Notes: generated by a model not told the origin, from the sequence alone. A DNA stretch of 64,000 nucleotides from Minisyncoccota bacterium (GCA_021734905.1 JAIPIB010000002.1:111386-175385), one strand, 5' to 3'. Positions 1-10,076 are shown, numbered from the stretch's first letter. Numbers and translations: made by a program.

Positions 1-9
1 TTTGAGATA

Positions 10-39
10 TTGACGACAATGCTTTATCCATGGTATAAT
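10..39 (+). promoter_or_regulatory. sigma70-type promoter for the orphan ORF
   Basis: TTGACG (10-15), 18 nt, TATAAT (34-39), with extended -10 TG at 31-32. Confidence 0.6.
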
Positions 40-52
40 ATATAGAGTATGG

Positions 53-436
53 TTGCAGGTATGCTTGCCTGCTTTGATAATTCTCTCGAGAGGCCGGACA
101 AATGAACAGAGCAAAACAAACAGTGGTGTGGCGATGCAAAAGTGGCAACGACTCGCCCTTCTGCAGGCGAAATCTGGTGACTTTGGAATCACAGATGTCG
201 GTGAGGTTGTACACCTCGGCGGATCTACCAGCGATGCTGTGGTTGAGGGTGGCATCGTCACCTACGACAAGCAACTTACTTCAGGTGGCTTCTACAAAAA
301 GCCACTGGATGAACTCGCACAGAACATCGTGCGAGTGATAAAAAAGGACAACGCCGTGCATGGTGTGATTGACCAGTGCTTCTACAGAGGCCTGATCGTC
401 ACAACAAAAGGTCCAGCAGCATGGACTTGTACATAG
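53..436 (+). CDS. hypothetical protein (start may be ATG 134)
   Basis: ORF between a good promoter and a strong terminator; no recognisable motif. Confidence 0.55.
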   Translation: MQVCLPALIILSRGRTNEQSKTNSGVAMQKWQRLALLQAKSGDFGITDVGEVVHLGGSTSDAVVEGGIVTYDKQLTSGGFYKKPLDELAQNIVRVIKKDNAVHGVIDQCFYRGLIVTTKGPAAWTCT

Positions 437-453
437 TTTGCGCCAAGCAAACT

Positions 454-488
454 AAAGGGCTTACACACATCGTGTGTAAGCCCTTTTT
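454..488 (+). terminator. intrinsic terminator
   Basis: 15-bp stem AAAGGGCTTACACAC/GTGTGTAAGCCCTTT plus T-run between convergent genes. Confidence 0.8.
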
Positions 489-534
489 ACTATCTATATT
501 TCAAACTAACATTATTCCCACTCTCAGCATTATC

Positions 535-1167
535 TCAACTACCGTTTTCGATCTTTGAAATCAGAGATTCGAAATCTGACTCATTGAGAAAATCCAGTTG
601 ATCTCTTTGTATTGTAAGAACCTTAGGTTTTATTTCATCACGATTGAAAAATGAAGTGTGCAGTTTATGAATTGGCAAAGCTTGGTTTTGGATAAATTCC
701 TCACTTTGGTCAAAATCCCTTCCTCCCCTTTTAATAAAGTCTCGAATTCCGCTTTCTTCTAATGAAAGAAAAATTACAACATCAGGCCATGGGAGAGTCT
801 GCTTATCAATAGTTGCAAGATCGTATATAACTTCACTTTCAAAATCTTTTGCTAGTGCATCTATATACAGCTGATAACTAATCCAAAAATTGTCTGTAAC
901 GACGACACTACCCTCCTCTTTCTTTTCTAAAGCACCCAAATACTCCTTGACGAGCTTATTGCGAAACCATGTTATGCGTTCTAAAGGGCGAATATTCTCT
1001 TGAATATCAATACGGATACGTTCTGGAAAATCTGACTCTTCTCCTTCTAGAATCGCCACTCCATTATAGTGTTGTGCTAATAGTTTAACGAGAAATGATT
1101 TCCCTGCTCGTGGGCCGCCGACTACAGAAATAATTTTTCCAACTTTACTCATATTTCTTGTTTTCAC
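535..1167 (-). CDS. deoxynucleoside kinase family protein
   Basis: N-terminal P-loop GGPRAGKS, PDVVIFL, IKRGGRDFDQ lid-like segment; ATG 1152 is an alternative start. Confidence 0.7.
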   Translation of the reverse strand: MKTRNMSKVGKIISVVGGPRAGKSFLVKLLAQHYNGVAILEGEESDFPERIRIDIQENIRPLERITWFRNKLVKEYLGALEKKEEGSVVVTDNFWISYQLYIDALAKDFESEVIYDLATIDKQTLPWPDVVIFLSLEESGIRDFIKRGGRDFDQSEEFIQNQALPIHKLHTSFFNRDEIKPKVLTIQRDQLDFLNESDFESLISKIENGS

Positions 1168-1203
1168 TGGACTTCAATTACGCACTCTTGTGTAAATAAT
1201 TTC

Positions 1204-2493
1204 TTATATTGACTTCCACATTGCATCTTGACGAACAAGAAGATCTTCTGCAAGTTCAGGTTCTGCCATAAGCTCCTCTACAAAACGTTCAGCACGAATC
1301 GATTGAGACCCTTTCACCAAAAGCACATCTCCCGACTTAATGAAAGTCTGTAATTCTTTACCTGCCTGCAGCGCATCTTCAAACTCAAAAATATTTTTTT
1401 CTGACATTCCTTGTTCAATTGCACCTTTTGAAAAACTTCGTGCTCGAACGCCAATAGTTACCAAAATATCGGCTGATTTTGCAACGATACGTCCAATTCT
1501 TTCATGTTCACGGATAGAGAACTGCCCAAGCTCCATCATGTCTCCCATTACGGCGATACGCCGTTTAACCCCTCTCAGTTCGCTGAGGGTTGCAAGAGCT
1601 CTCTCTGAAGCAGTTGGAGAAGAATTATAAGTGTCATCGATAAGTAATGTATCCTTAATTCCTTGAATAAGTCTCATGCGACCTGGAGGAGGTAGATGAT
1701 CTCCAAGGGCTCTTTTGACTGACTCTACATCAATATTAAATACTGATGCCACCGCTGCTCCAGCAGCATAGTTGTATGCATGCTGAACCCCCAAGGATCC
1801 TCGCACAAACATAGATACTGTTTTATCAAGGTGTGTTAAGAGAAATTCTAAACCGACTGCTTTTCCGTTTTCATAAATTACTTTATCGGCTGATGCTGTA
1901 AATGGAGAAAAAGAATATCTACTGTATCCAATTGATTGCTGTATCGTCTCCTCCACAACCTTCAGTATTCTCTCGTCGTCTTGATTATAGACGAGAACAC
2001 CATCGGGCTTAAGTGCGTTTACAAGCTTCTGTTTTTCCAGCGCAACAGCCTCAGGAGAATCAAAATATTCAACATGAACTGGAACATCAGGCAGACGCGA
2101 AAGAATAACGACATCAGGCCTTATCCATGATGTAAGCCTGTCCATATCTCCTGGTCGGTCAACGCCCATTTCTAAAATAAGAGTTTTAGGGTAGATTCCC
2201 GGATGAAAAGCTATTACTGCACCATCAAAAATATTCTTTAACCATAAAAAGGGATTGCTCCATGCATTAGGTAACCCGAGCACAGAAAGTGGTACTCCAA
2301 TTTCGGAATTGAAGCTCTTCTCACTTTTTCTAACATGCATGCTATCTTTCAGGATTTCATACACAACATCCTTAATCGACGTTTTCCCAACACTTCCCGT
2401 GATTGCAATAATGTATGGGTGAGTACGACGCAAAAGTATTTTCGCCTCGAAACTGAGGATTGCAATAATAATTTTTTTGAGAAATTCTTTCAT
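1204..2493 (-). CDS. murF: UDP-N-acetylmuramoyl-tripeptide--D-Ala-D-Ala ligase
   Basis: ITGSVGKTS, FNSEIGVP, LEMGVD, IDDTYNSSP, GDMMELG, LVKGS motifs; dcw position. Confidence 0.9.
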   Translation of the reverse strand: MKEFLKKIIIAILSFEAKILLRRTHPYIIAITGSVGKTSIKDVVYEILKDSMHVRKSEKSFNSEIGVPLSVLGLPNAWSNPFLWLKNIFDGAVIAFHPGIYPKTLILEMGVDRPGDMDRLTSWIRPDVVILSRLPDVPVHVEYFDSPEAVALEKQKLVNALKPDGVLVYNQDDERILKVVEETIQQSIGYSRYSFSPFTASADKVIYENGKAVGLEFLLTHLDKTVSMFVRGSLGVQHAYNYAAGAAVASVFNIDVESVKRALGDHLPPPGRMRLIQGIKDTLLIDDTYNSSPTASERALATLSELRGVKRRIAVMGDMMELGQFSIREHERIGRIVAKSADILVTIGVRARSFSKGAIEQGMSEKNIFEFEDALQAGKELQTFIKSGDVLLVKGSQSIRAERFVEELMAEPELAEDLLVRQDAMWKSI

Positions 2494-2503
2494 GTATTTA
2501 TAA

Positions 2504-4213
2504 CTATCTATCCGGCTGTAGCTCGTAGTAATTAATCAAAAATTGGACCAGGCCTAAAAAAGGGTCAGTTAAAGTCTCAGATGCATAACGAACACCCTTT
2601 GGTTCAACAGTATACAGGAAAATCAAAAATTTCGGGTCATATGCAGGGAAATAGCCGAAAAATGAGTGCAGGTACCTGTCATCATAGTAACCACCATTTA
2701 CGGGATCTGCAATCTGGGCAGTTCCCGTCTTTGCAGCAACAGTATAGTATGGGTTCTTTGCTTTCCCTCCCTTTAGGGCGACATCAACAACGTTTACGAG
2801 CATCCGTGTAATATCCTCACTCGTTTCGACTTTAAAAACACGATCTCCTTGTGCGTAGCCATTAACATTTGTTTTTCCATTTTCGTACTCAATAGATTTC
2901 ACAAGATGGGGTGTAATGAGAACACCTCCATTGGCTAGTGTTGAAAGTGCTCTTACTGCCCCAATTGGTGTTAGAGCGATACCTTGACCAAAGGAAGCTG
3001 TTGCGAACTCTACTTCCCTCGGGCTTTCAAGATTTTTTACAAGTCCATGTCCTTCATTGGGTAAATCAATCCCCGTCTCAGAGCCAAGCTTCAAACCGTA
3101 AAAATATTTTTTAAATCTTTCCTTACCTAAACGGGCAGCAATATGTGCAACGCCGGTATTGAGTGACTGATTGAGCACCTCCTGCATACTTACTGTACCT
3201 CGTCCACGTCCATCATAGTTCTTTATTGTATAGTCACTCAACGTGAGAAAACCAGCGTCATAATAGGTAGATTCTGGGCGAATAACACCTGCATCAAGTC
3301 CCGCAGCTACCGTAAGTGGCTTGATTATTGAACCGAGCTCATACACATTTTCCACCAGTGGATTTCGAAATGCTTCAATCCCAACTCCTGCTCGATTATT
3401 TAAATCAAAGGAAGGAACAACATTAAGTGCAATAATTTCCCCACTCATTGGGTTAATTATTATTCCCCCAGTAAGTTCACTTTGCCATTTTGTCTGCGCT
3501 TCCTCAAGTGCCTTATCAAGTGCCCGAGCGACCGTTGGTTCAATTGTTGTCACAATGTCGCCTGCACTAGTGTCAGTTGAGTCAAAAATGAGATCTCCCA
3601 AATTACTAAAAATCTCCGCAAAAAAATTTACCGACAAACGCTCATTGTCACGCTTCAGTGTGTCATCGTAATAACGCTCAAGACCATACTTACCCACAAG
3701 TGTATCCTCGTTATACCCAACAAATCCAATCGTTCTGGCGCCTAAAGATTTCCCTGGATAATATCTCCACTGATTGCGATACATCTTAACTCCTTTTAGA
3801 TGTAAGGCTAGAATTTTATCAGCTGACTCATTATCAACTTGTTTCTCAATTTCCTGATAGGTTTTCTCCTTTTTACTTGCGCGATCAAAAAAATTCTTAC
3901 TATCAATTTCCACTACTGCAGAAAGAGCATCATAAGTTTCTTGTAAGTTTACTATTTTACTTGGATCAATAGCAAGGAGATATCCAGTTTCAATATTTGC
4001 CGCTGCTATCTTTTCATTATTTTTAGTTGAAAAATATATACTTCCCCTCTTAAAAAGATCACGTACAGTGTGCACATACTGACCTTCCCCATCAGCACGA
4101 TACTCAGCTCCATGAATGACCTGAACATAATACAAACGTATAACAAGAACAAGGAGAAGGATAACTACTGCAGATGTGATGAGTCGAATTCTCGATATTG
4201 CATCTCTTCTCAT
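2504..4213 (-). CDS. ftsI: class B penicillin-binding protein (FtsI/PBP3-like)
   Basis: N-terminal TM; SxxK (GSIIKP), SxN (SLN), KTG (KTGTAQ); follows mraZ-rsmH-ftsL. Confidence 0.85.
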   Translation of the reverse strand: MRRDAISRIRLITSAVVILLLVLVIRLYYVQVIHGAEYRADGEGQYVHTVRDLFKRGSIYFSTKNNEKIAAANIETGYLLAIDPSKIVNLQETYDALSAVVEIDSKNFFDRASKKEKTYQEIEKQVDNESADKILALHLKGVKMYRNQWRYYPGKSLGARTIGFVGYNEDTLVGKYGLERYYDDTLKRDNERLSVNFFAEIFSNLGDLIFDSTDTSAGDIVTTIEPTVARALDKALEEAQTKWQSELTGGIIINPMSGEIIALNVVPSFDLNNRAGVGIEAFRNPLVENVYELGSIIKPLTVAAGLDAGVIRPESTYYDAGFLTLSDYTIKNYDGRGRGTVSMQEVLNQSLNTGVAHIAARLGKERFKKYFYGLKLGSETGIDLPNEGHGLVKNLESPREVEFATASFGQGIALTPIGAVRALSTLANGGVLITPHLVKSIEYENGKTNVNGYAQGDRVFKVETSEDITRMLVNVVDVALKGGKAKNPYYTVAAKTGTAQIADPVNGGYYDDRYLHSFFGYFPAYDPKFLIFLYTVEPKGVRYASETLTDPFLGLVQFLINYYELQPDR

Positions 4214-4220
4214 AATAAAA

Positions 4221-4535
4221 CTAATTCTTCGATAGAACGAGTGTTGCCTTAGTTCTGTCTATAAAAGTTTTTTTAGTAGATACGACAAAACCCTGATGCG
4301 TTGCTATTTCTGTACTCACTTCGTATTGCATTTCAATGTACTTTGATTCAAGCTGTCCCAGGACTGTACTCATTGAACTAATTTCAGAATCAATCTCTTT
4401 TCGTATGACGACATTCATAACTGAATTACTTAAAAAATATATGTAGGCAAAAAAAGCGACCATAAAGAATGCGAGACTAAAGTAAAAGAACCTTGATTCT
4501 TCCTTATATGCTGCTGTTTTTGTGTTTCGTTTCAT
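4221..4535 (-). CDS. FtsL-like bitopic coiled-coil cell division protein
   Basis: single TM then heptad-like segment; canonical ftsL position between rsmH and ftsI. Confidence 0.6.
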   Translation of the reverse strand: MKRNTKTAAYKEESRFFYFSLAFFMVAFFAYIYFLSNSVMNVVIRKEIDSEISSMSTVLGQLESKYIEMQYEVSTEIATHQGFVVSTKKTFIDRTKATLVLSKN

Positions 4536-5425
4536 ATTTTTTCAAAAACTCTGAGTTTGGCGCTTCTTGCTCGGGGGTTCCGTGCCACTTCTTCTCTCGA
4601 TGCAATAATGGGTTTTTTGTTCACTACTGTGCCTATATGATCATGTGAATAGTTTCGAAAAAGGTGTTTTACAATCCTGTCCTCAGTACTGTGAAATGTG
4701 ATGACTGCGAGTCTTCCTCCTGCTTTCAAGTGCGCAATTGACTTGATAAGGAAATTTTCAAGTGCGTCGAACTCATCATTGACTGCAATACGTAGGGCTT
4801 GGAATGTTTTTGTTGAAGCATTGATTTTCCCTCTTTTATAGAAACTTGGCACTGCCTCTTCTATTACCGAGACAAGATCAAATGTCGTCTCAAATGGTGT
4901 TTTCTCTCGTCGTTCGACTATATGTCTAGCGATACGTCCTGAAAATTGTTCCTCACCATATCCCTTAAGAACATTTTTGATGTCTGTTTCTTTCCACTCA
5001 TTGAGAATGTCTTTTGCTACAAATGCATACGTACTTGGGTCCCCAAAGGTCATGATAAGTGGCTCGTCTACTTGGAATGAAAATCCCCTACCATTACCAC
5101 TAAACTGTTCCATTCTCCACCCAAGGTCTGCAAGAATTGCATCAGCTTTTTCGATATGTAATTGTTCTAAAATTGAGTTTATATCTCTGAAGTTACCAAC
5201 CCGGAGTTCAACATGACATAATGCTTCTGAAAAGGTTTTTTGACCTTCCAAAATTGCCTGTTGGTCCGCGTCGATACCGATGAACAATCCATCTTTTTCC
5301 AACTTCGAAACAATGTTTCGAGCGTGGCCAGATGAACCGAGTGTTGCATCGATTATTACTCCAGATGATTTGATCGCGAGTGCTTCCACCGCTTCATCTA
5401 TAAGTACTGTTATGTGTGGTTTCAT
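4532..5425 (-). CDS. rsmH: 16S rRNA m4C1402 methyltransferase
   Basis: HITVL, DATLGSSGHA, RGFSF, FQALRIAVNDE, FHSTEDRIVK, NPRARSAKLR. Confidence 0.95.
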   Translation of the reverse strand: MKPHITVLIDEAVEALAIKSSGVIIDATLGSSGHARNIVSKLEKDGLFIGIDADQQAILEGQKTFSEALCHVELRVGNFRDINSILEQLHIEKADAILADLGWRMEQFSGNGRGFSFQVDEPLIMTFGDPSTYAFVAKDILNEWKETDIKNVLKGYGEEQFSGRIARHIVERREKTPFETTFDLVSVIEEAVPSFYKRGKINASTKTFQALRIAVNDEFDALENFLIKSIAHLKAGGRLAVITFHSTEDRIVKHLFRNYSHDHIGTVVNKKPIIASREEVARNPRARSAKLRVFEKI

Positions 5426-5436
5426 ACTTGTTGCTT

Positions 5437-5871
5437 TTAGAGGATTCCGATCTCACCGAGTTTTTCAGCAAGTGCATCAGCTTGTCCTTCAATACGCTGT
5501 TTGTATTCAGTCCACCGATTCTCATCCCACATTTCTACACGATCATAGATACCTGCGAGAACTACTTTTGAAGTAAGTCCTGCAAATACTTTTAAGAAAT
5601 CAGGAACGAGAATTCTCCCAACAGAATCTACCTCCACCTCTACTGCTCCCGAGAGAAAAAATCTATTGAATCCTCTCGTATCCGCTTGTCCGAGTGGAAG
5701 TTGACCAATTTTTTCAGTGATCTTCTTCCACTCCTTCAAGGGATATACAAAGAGACAGTTATCAAGTCCGCGAGTAACGACAAGACTCTTACCAAGTTCC
5801 TTCCTCCATTTAGAAGGTAAGGACAGCCGCTTCTTGGCATCGATATTGTGTGTGTACTCTCCAATTAACAT
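5437..5871 (-). CDS. mraZ: division/cell wall cluster transcriptional repressor MraZ
   Basis: MLIGEYTHNIDAKKRLSLP, TRGLDNCLFVYP, DSVGRILVP; start moved to ATG 5871. Confidence 0.95.
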   Translation of the reverse strand: MLIGEYTHNIDAKKRLSLPSKWRKELGKSLVVTRGLDNCLFVYPLKEWKKITEKIGQLPLGQADTRGFNRFFLSGAVEVEVDSVGRILVPDFLKVFAGLTSKVVLAGIYDRVEMWDENRWTEYKQRIEGQADALAEKLGEIGIL

Positions 5872-5925
5872 GTGATTGTGACCTTGGATTAAACTCGACA
5901 CTGATTAAACTATTTGCATAGTCTA

Positions 5926-5980
5926 CCACTATCTCCCACCACATGTAAATTATATACCACTTCGCCCCACCGTCCACCAC
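5926..5980 (-). promoter_or_regulatory. mraZ promoter with phased GTGG MraZ-binding repeats
   Basis: GTGG on the minus strand at 5926, 5936, 5957, 5967 and 5977 (~10-bp period), flanking a TATAAT -10 at 5949-5954. Confidence 0.75.
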
Positions 5981-5982
5981 TG

Positions 5983-6004
5983 TTATACACAAATCTGTGT
6001 ATAA
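5983..6004. promoter_or_regulatory. inverted pair of DnaA-box-like 9-mers
   Basis: TTATACACA (5983-5991) and TGTGTATAA (5996-6004) both match TTATNCACA. Confidence 0.5.
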
Positions 6005-6046
6005 CTAAAAACCCCAACAGTGAGACTGTTGGGGTTTTTAGTTATA
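6000..6046. terminator. 22-bp perfect hairpin, probable lysS terminator
   Basis: TATAACTAAAAACCCCAACAGT-GAG-ACTGTTGGGGTTTTTAGTTATA. Confidence 0.75.
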
Positions 6047-6219
6047 CCGTTCCTGTCATTTTTTACTAGTCCGTCCAGAATGCCACGTCCGCTTGTGGTG
6101 TGGATGAATGGACAAATATATAGTTTCGGCGGAGCTGAATTTTCTGCTAGCACAAACACCCTGATTCTGCCCGCGTAATGCCCCGTCAGCTTGCTGCGGG
6201 GATAGCGAGGCAGATGTTT

Positions 6220-7686
6220 TTACTTCTCATCCTCCCTTGGACGCATCAATGGAAAGAGCTGCACTTCACGAAGAGGTCGATCCTCAAAAATTGCAAAGAG
6301 CCGCTCACCAAAACCAAAACCGCACGCAGGTGGCATTCCATGTTCAAGCATTTCAATGAACTCACTATCAGGCATCATTGCCTCTTCATCTCCACTCTTT
6401 AGTAATTCTTGTTGTACATCAAAACGGACCTGTTGTTCAATTGGATTATTCAATTCAGAATATCCGTTCCCCACTTCCGTTCCTGCGATTAATGGTTGGA
6501 AACGTTGCGTTGCATCTTGATTACCTACAACTTCTTTTGCAAGTGGTGAAACAAGTTTTGGATGATTAACAAGGAAAGCAGGTCCGGAGATATTTTTTCT
6601 ACAATACTTCCACAGTGTATCCATAAGGCGTTCTTTTGTTTCTCCATCGTAATTTACGCCCAACTCTTTCAGCTTAATCTTAATCTCATCCTCTGAAGCT
6701 GAATTTGGATTAATGCCAGTCTGTTTCAAAATCTCTTCTGTGTAATCAACAAGCAACCAATCATCAGCAAGATCGAACGTATGCTCTCCTCGAGTAAAAA
6801 CAGTTTTACCATAAACCTCCTGTGCAATTTTTCGATACAGGTCAGTAACCAATCTCATTCCATCGTCATAATTTGCAAATGCTTGATAGCATTCCATATT
6901 TGTAAATTCTTGAAGATGGTTAGGGCTAGTCCCCTCGTTTCGAAAGATGTGTCCAATTTCGAATGTCTTTTCGAATCCTGCAGCGAGCAATCTTTTCTGC
7001 CATAACTCTCCCACACTTATCCGAAGATATACATCCATATCAAAATCATTATGATGAGTCACAAATGGACGAGCCTCAGCACCACCCGTTGTTACCTCTA
7101 GTGTAGGTGTTTCAACTTCCATAAATCCATGCTCCTTCATGAAGCTTCGTGTTACATCCCAGAACTTTTCTTTTCTCTTGAATAGCATCCTTAGATCAGG
7201 GTGCGTAAGAAGATCAAGATATCGTTTTCTAAATCGTTCCTCCTCATTTTGAAGCCCGTGAAACTTGTCTGGTAAAGGAAGAAGACTTTTTGATAACATT
7301 ACCCACTTCTTTGCAAGAATAGACTCCTGCCCAGTTTGGGTTAAAAAAAGTGTACCGCGGATCTCAATAAAATCACCTGAGTCTACAACACTCTTAAAAA
7401 GAGCAAAATCAGCAGGATCCATTGTGTCTTCCTTAAAGACTGCCTGGAATTTTGCGGTACCATCCTCAAAATCAAGAAATACAATCGCCCCTTGTCCGCG
7501 AGTTATGAGTACACGACCAACAAGAACAACTTCCACACTTCCTGTACTGAGTTCTTCAAATGATTCAAACGCATTAAGAATACTGTGGGTGCGTGCAGTC
7601 GTTGCTGGGTACGCTTCATACCCATGATCAGTTAAGATCTTAAGCTTTCTTACACGTTCTGCTCGTATTTCTTCTATGGCTGACAT
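6220..7686 (-). CDS. lysS: lysine--tRNA ligase (class II)
   Basis: OB-fold N-terminus, RFRKRYLDL, GGAEARPF, FRNEG, EFTNME, GMPPACGFGFG; start ATG 7686. Confidence 0.95.
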   Translation of the reverse strand: MSAIEEIRAERVRKLKILTDHGYEAYPATTARTHSILNAFESFEELSTGSVEVVLVGRVLITRGQGAIVFLDFEDGTAKFQAVFKEDTMDPADFALFKSVVDSGDFIEIRGTLFLTQTGQESILAKKWVMLSKSLLPLPDKFHGLQNEEERFRKRYLDLLTHPDLRMLFKRKEKFWDVTRSFMKEHGFMEVETPTLEVTTGGAEARPFVTHHNDFDMDVYLRISVGELWQKRLLAAGFEKTFEIGHIFRNEGTSPNHLQEFTNMECYQAFANYDDGMRLVTDLYRKIAQEVYGKTVFTRGEHTFDLADDWLLVDYTEEILKQTGINPNSASEDEIKIKLKELGVNYDGETKERLMDTLWKYCRKNISGPAFLVNHPKLVSPLAKEVVGNQDATQRFQPLIAGTEVGNGYSELNNPIEQQVRFDVQQELLKSGDEEAMMPDSEFIEMLEHGMPPACGFGFGERLFAIFEDRPLREVQLFPLMRPREDEK

Positions 7687-7717
7687 AGATGCTATAGTAC
7701 CGTTTAATGGAGTAAAT

Positions 7718-7754
7718 GAAAAGTGCCCGGAAGCAAAGCTTTCGGGCACTTTTC
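7718..7754 (-). terminator. greA terminator
   Basis: GAAAAGTGCCCG...CGGGCACTTTTC hairpin just downstream of greA. Confidence 0.7.
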
Positions 7755-7779
7755 TAGATTATTATTTATACCTTACTTT

Positions 7780-8253
7780 CTATACAACTTTTAAAACGGT
7801 ATATGTCTGCTTTCCTCCAGGTGTTTCAAACGTAAATGTATCTCCTTTTGCCTTGCCCATAAGTGCCTCACCAAGTGGTGAAAGATACGACAATTTATGA
7901 TCGTGGATATTTGCCTCTTCAGATCCGACGATTGTGTATGTGTGACTTCCCTCTTCTTTTTCTTTCTTGATGGTAACTCCTGAGCCAAGCCCAACGACAT
8001 CTCCTTTCTGTGTATGAGCAATAATTTTCGCTTCCTTAATCACCTGCTCAAGGTATTGAATACGCTCCTCAATAGCAGCTTGCATATCACGAGCTTCTTG
8101 ATATTCAGCATTTTCTGAAATATCACCGAGACTTCGTGCATATTCCAAAGATTCAGCAACTTCTTTTCTACGGACCGTTTTTAGATGTTCAAGTCCTTTT
8201 TTAAGTTCTTCGAATTTTTCCTGTGTTAAAAACGAATCGCGGGGTTCACTCAT
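7780..8253 (-). CDS. greA: transcription elongation factor GreA
   Basis: ARSLGDISENAEY, IVGSEEA, SYLSPLGEALMG. Confidence 0.95.
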   Translation of the reverse strand: MSEPRDSFLTQEKFEELKKGLEHLKTVRRKEVAESLEYARSLGDISENAEYQEARDMQAAIEERIQYLEQVIKEAKIIAHTQKGDVVGLGSGVTIKKEKEEGSHTYTIVGSEEANIHDHKLSYLSPLGEALMGKAKGDTFTFETPGGKQTYTVLKVV

Positions 8254-8343
8254 ATATTTTATAACAAATTAGACTACCCAGAGAAACACATGCTGTGGCA
8301 AAGAAAATCATTTCTTTAGCATCTATATTCGTATGGTGACACA

Positions 8344-8371
8344 ATTATACGTAGACCTCCCCGATAGTCAA
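8344..8371 (-). promoter_or_regulatory. greA sigma70 promoter
   Basis: TTGACT-16 nt-TATAAT on the minus strand, about 85 nt of leader. Confidence 0.65.
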
Positions 8372-8393
8372 ATGTGGAAAAAAATTTGAGGCT

Positions 8394-10076
8394 CTACTTA
8401 AGATATTCAGGTCTGTTTATAGCCATCCAATCGAAGACTTTTCCCATAACAGACCCTGCCCCAACAGTGTTGCTTCTTGGTCCATATTCCATAAATAATA
8501 TAAAAGCATACTTCGGTTTGTCATAAGGAAAATATCCAGCAATCCAAGAATTAACATGTGCCTTCGATGCTCCCAACTCTGCTGTTCCTGACTTTGCTGC
8601 AATTTGTATATCATCTCGTTCAAGGGCGCGGGCCGTCCCTCTGTCTTGAGTGACCGTTCTGCGCATACCTTCAGTAATAACCTTCAATGAAGACTCATTG
8701 AGATTTAATTGTGTCGTTGCACCTTGTTCACCCTTAATCAATTGCGGAGTAACCAAAGTCCCACCATTAGCTATTGCGGCGTACGCTCGGAGCATCTGTA
8801 TTGGAGTTATTTGAAAACCAAATTGTCCAATTGCCGTTAAGTAGGTATCTCCGAGCCTCCATTCATCATCAAAAATTTTCTTTTTCCATTCAGGATTTGG
8901 TACAACACCAGCAAGTTCCCCTTTTAAAGCTATCCCTGTCTGGCTGCCAAGGCCAAACAGTCTCATGTATTTATTAATGTTTGTAATACCAAGTCCCTTC
9001 TGATCACCAAAACCTCCCCCAATAATATAAAAATATACGTTTGAGGAATATGCGATTGCGTCACGCATAGTCATTGCTCCTTGGACACGCCAATCGTTAA
9101 ATACTGCCGGATTACTGGGATTATAAGGATTGGGCACAGTCAACGATCCTGTACTCACAATAATCTTCATCGGATCTATAACTTTTTCCTGAAGTGCGCC
9201 GTAGGCAACAAATGGTTTAACGATAGATCCAGGTGTATACAAACCACCTGTCACTTTATTGAGAAATGGAAACCGAGGGTCATTATTATACGAAGCGATA
9301 AGTTCACGATTATCTCCATCAGCAAGAACTTCGGGATCAAATGAAGGGTAGCTAGTAAGTGCAACAATTTCTCCCGAATTAATATCAATCATCGCGCCAG
9401 CACCACTGCGAAAACCATTTTTTATGGTTGTTGTTGCAATGAGATCATGCATTGCTTCTGAAAGAGCTGCATCAAGTGCTAAAGTAATTGCTTCACCTGG
9501 ATTGGGATCTAAAACTGCCGTACCAGAAATTTTTTCTCCATGCACGTTAACCTCCATTAGTTGCTTTCCATTTTCACCTCGTAGAATATTGTCATACGTC
9601 TCCTCAATTCCATTGTTTCCAAAATATTCTGTCCTAAAGTAAATGCCAGACTTATCTTTCTGCGGATAACTCACATAACCAATAAATTGACCAAATCCTC
9701 TTCTGTCTGTATATGCGCGCACAGGAAAGTCATACTGGCCTGATGCATCATGTTCATTCCACGCAACCAATTCTCCAAACCGGTCATAAATAATTCCGCG
9801 CTCTGCAACAATGAGCCCAGACTCAAACCGGTTTGACTCACTTTTTTCTTTGAGTGCAGCACCTTGTATAATCTGCAAATTGAACAGCTGAACAAAAAAT
9901 ACCCCCGCAACTAGAAAAAAAACAAAACCGACAATATAGACGCTCCTATCAGAGAGAGGCAACTCTATCCTCCCTTCCATTCTGCTTGTATTAAAAGAAG
10001 GTAAGTTTGAAGAATCAAGGAGAATTTCCTCAAATGAAATATCTTGTTTTCGTTTTCTAAAAAAGGACATAAACAA
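8394..10076 (-). CDS. mrdA: penicillin-binding protein 2 (elongasome transpeptidase)
   Basis: TM; PGSIVKP, SSNVYF, KSGTAE; downstream of mreBCD. Confidence 0.85.
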   Translation of the reverse strand: MFMSFFRKRKQDISFEEILLDSSNLPSFNTSRMEGRIELPLSDRSVYIVGFVFFLVAGVFFVQLFNLQIIQGAALKEKSESNRFESGLIVAERGIIYDRFGELVAWNEHDASGQYDFPVRAYTDRRGFGQFIGYVSYPQKDKSGIYFRTEYFGNNGIEETYDNILRGENGKQLMEVNVHGEKISGTAVLDPNPGEAITLALDAALSEAMHDLIATTTIKNGFRSGAGAMIDINSGEIVALTSYPSFDPEVLADGDNRELIASYNNDPRFPFLNKVTGGLYTPGSIVKPFVAYGALQEKVIDPMKIIVSTGSLTVPNPYNPSNPAVFNDWRVQGAMTMRDAIAYSSNVYFYIIGGGFGDQKGLGITNINKYMRLFGLGSQTGIALKGELAGVVPNPEWKKKIFDDEWRLGDTYLTAIGQFGFQITPIQMLRAYAAIANGGTLVTPQLIKGEQGATTQLNLNESSLKVITEGMRRTVTQDRGTARALERDDIQIAAKSGTAELGASKAHVNSWIAGYFPYDKPKYAFILFMEYGPRSNTVGAGSVMGKVFDWMAINRPEYLK

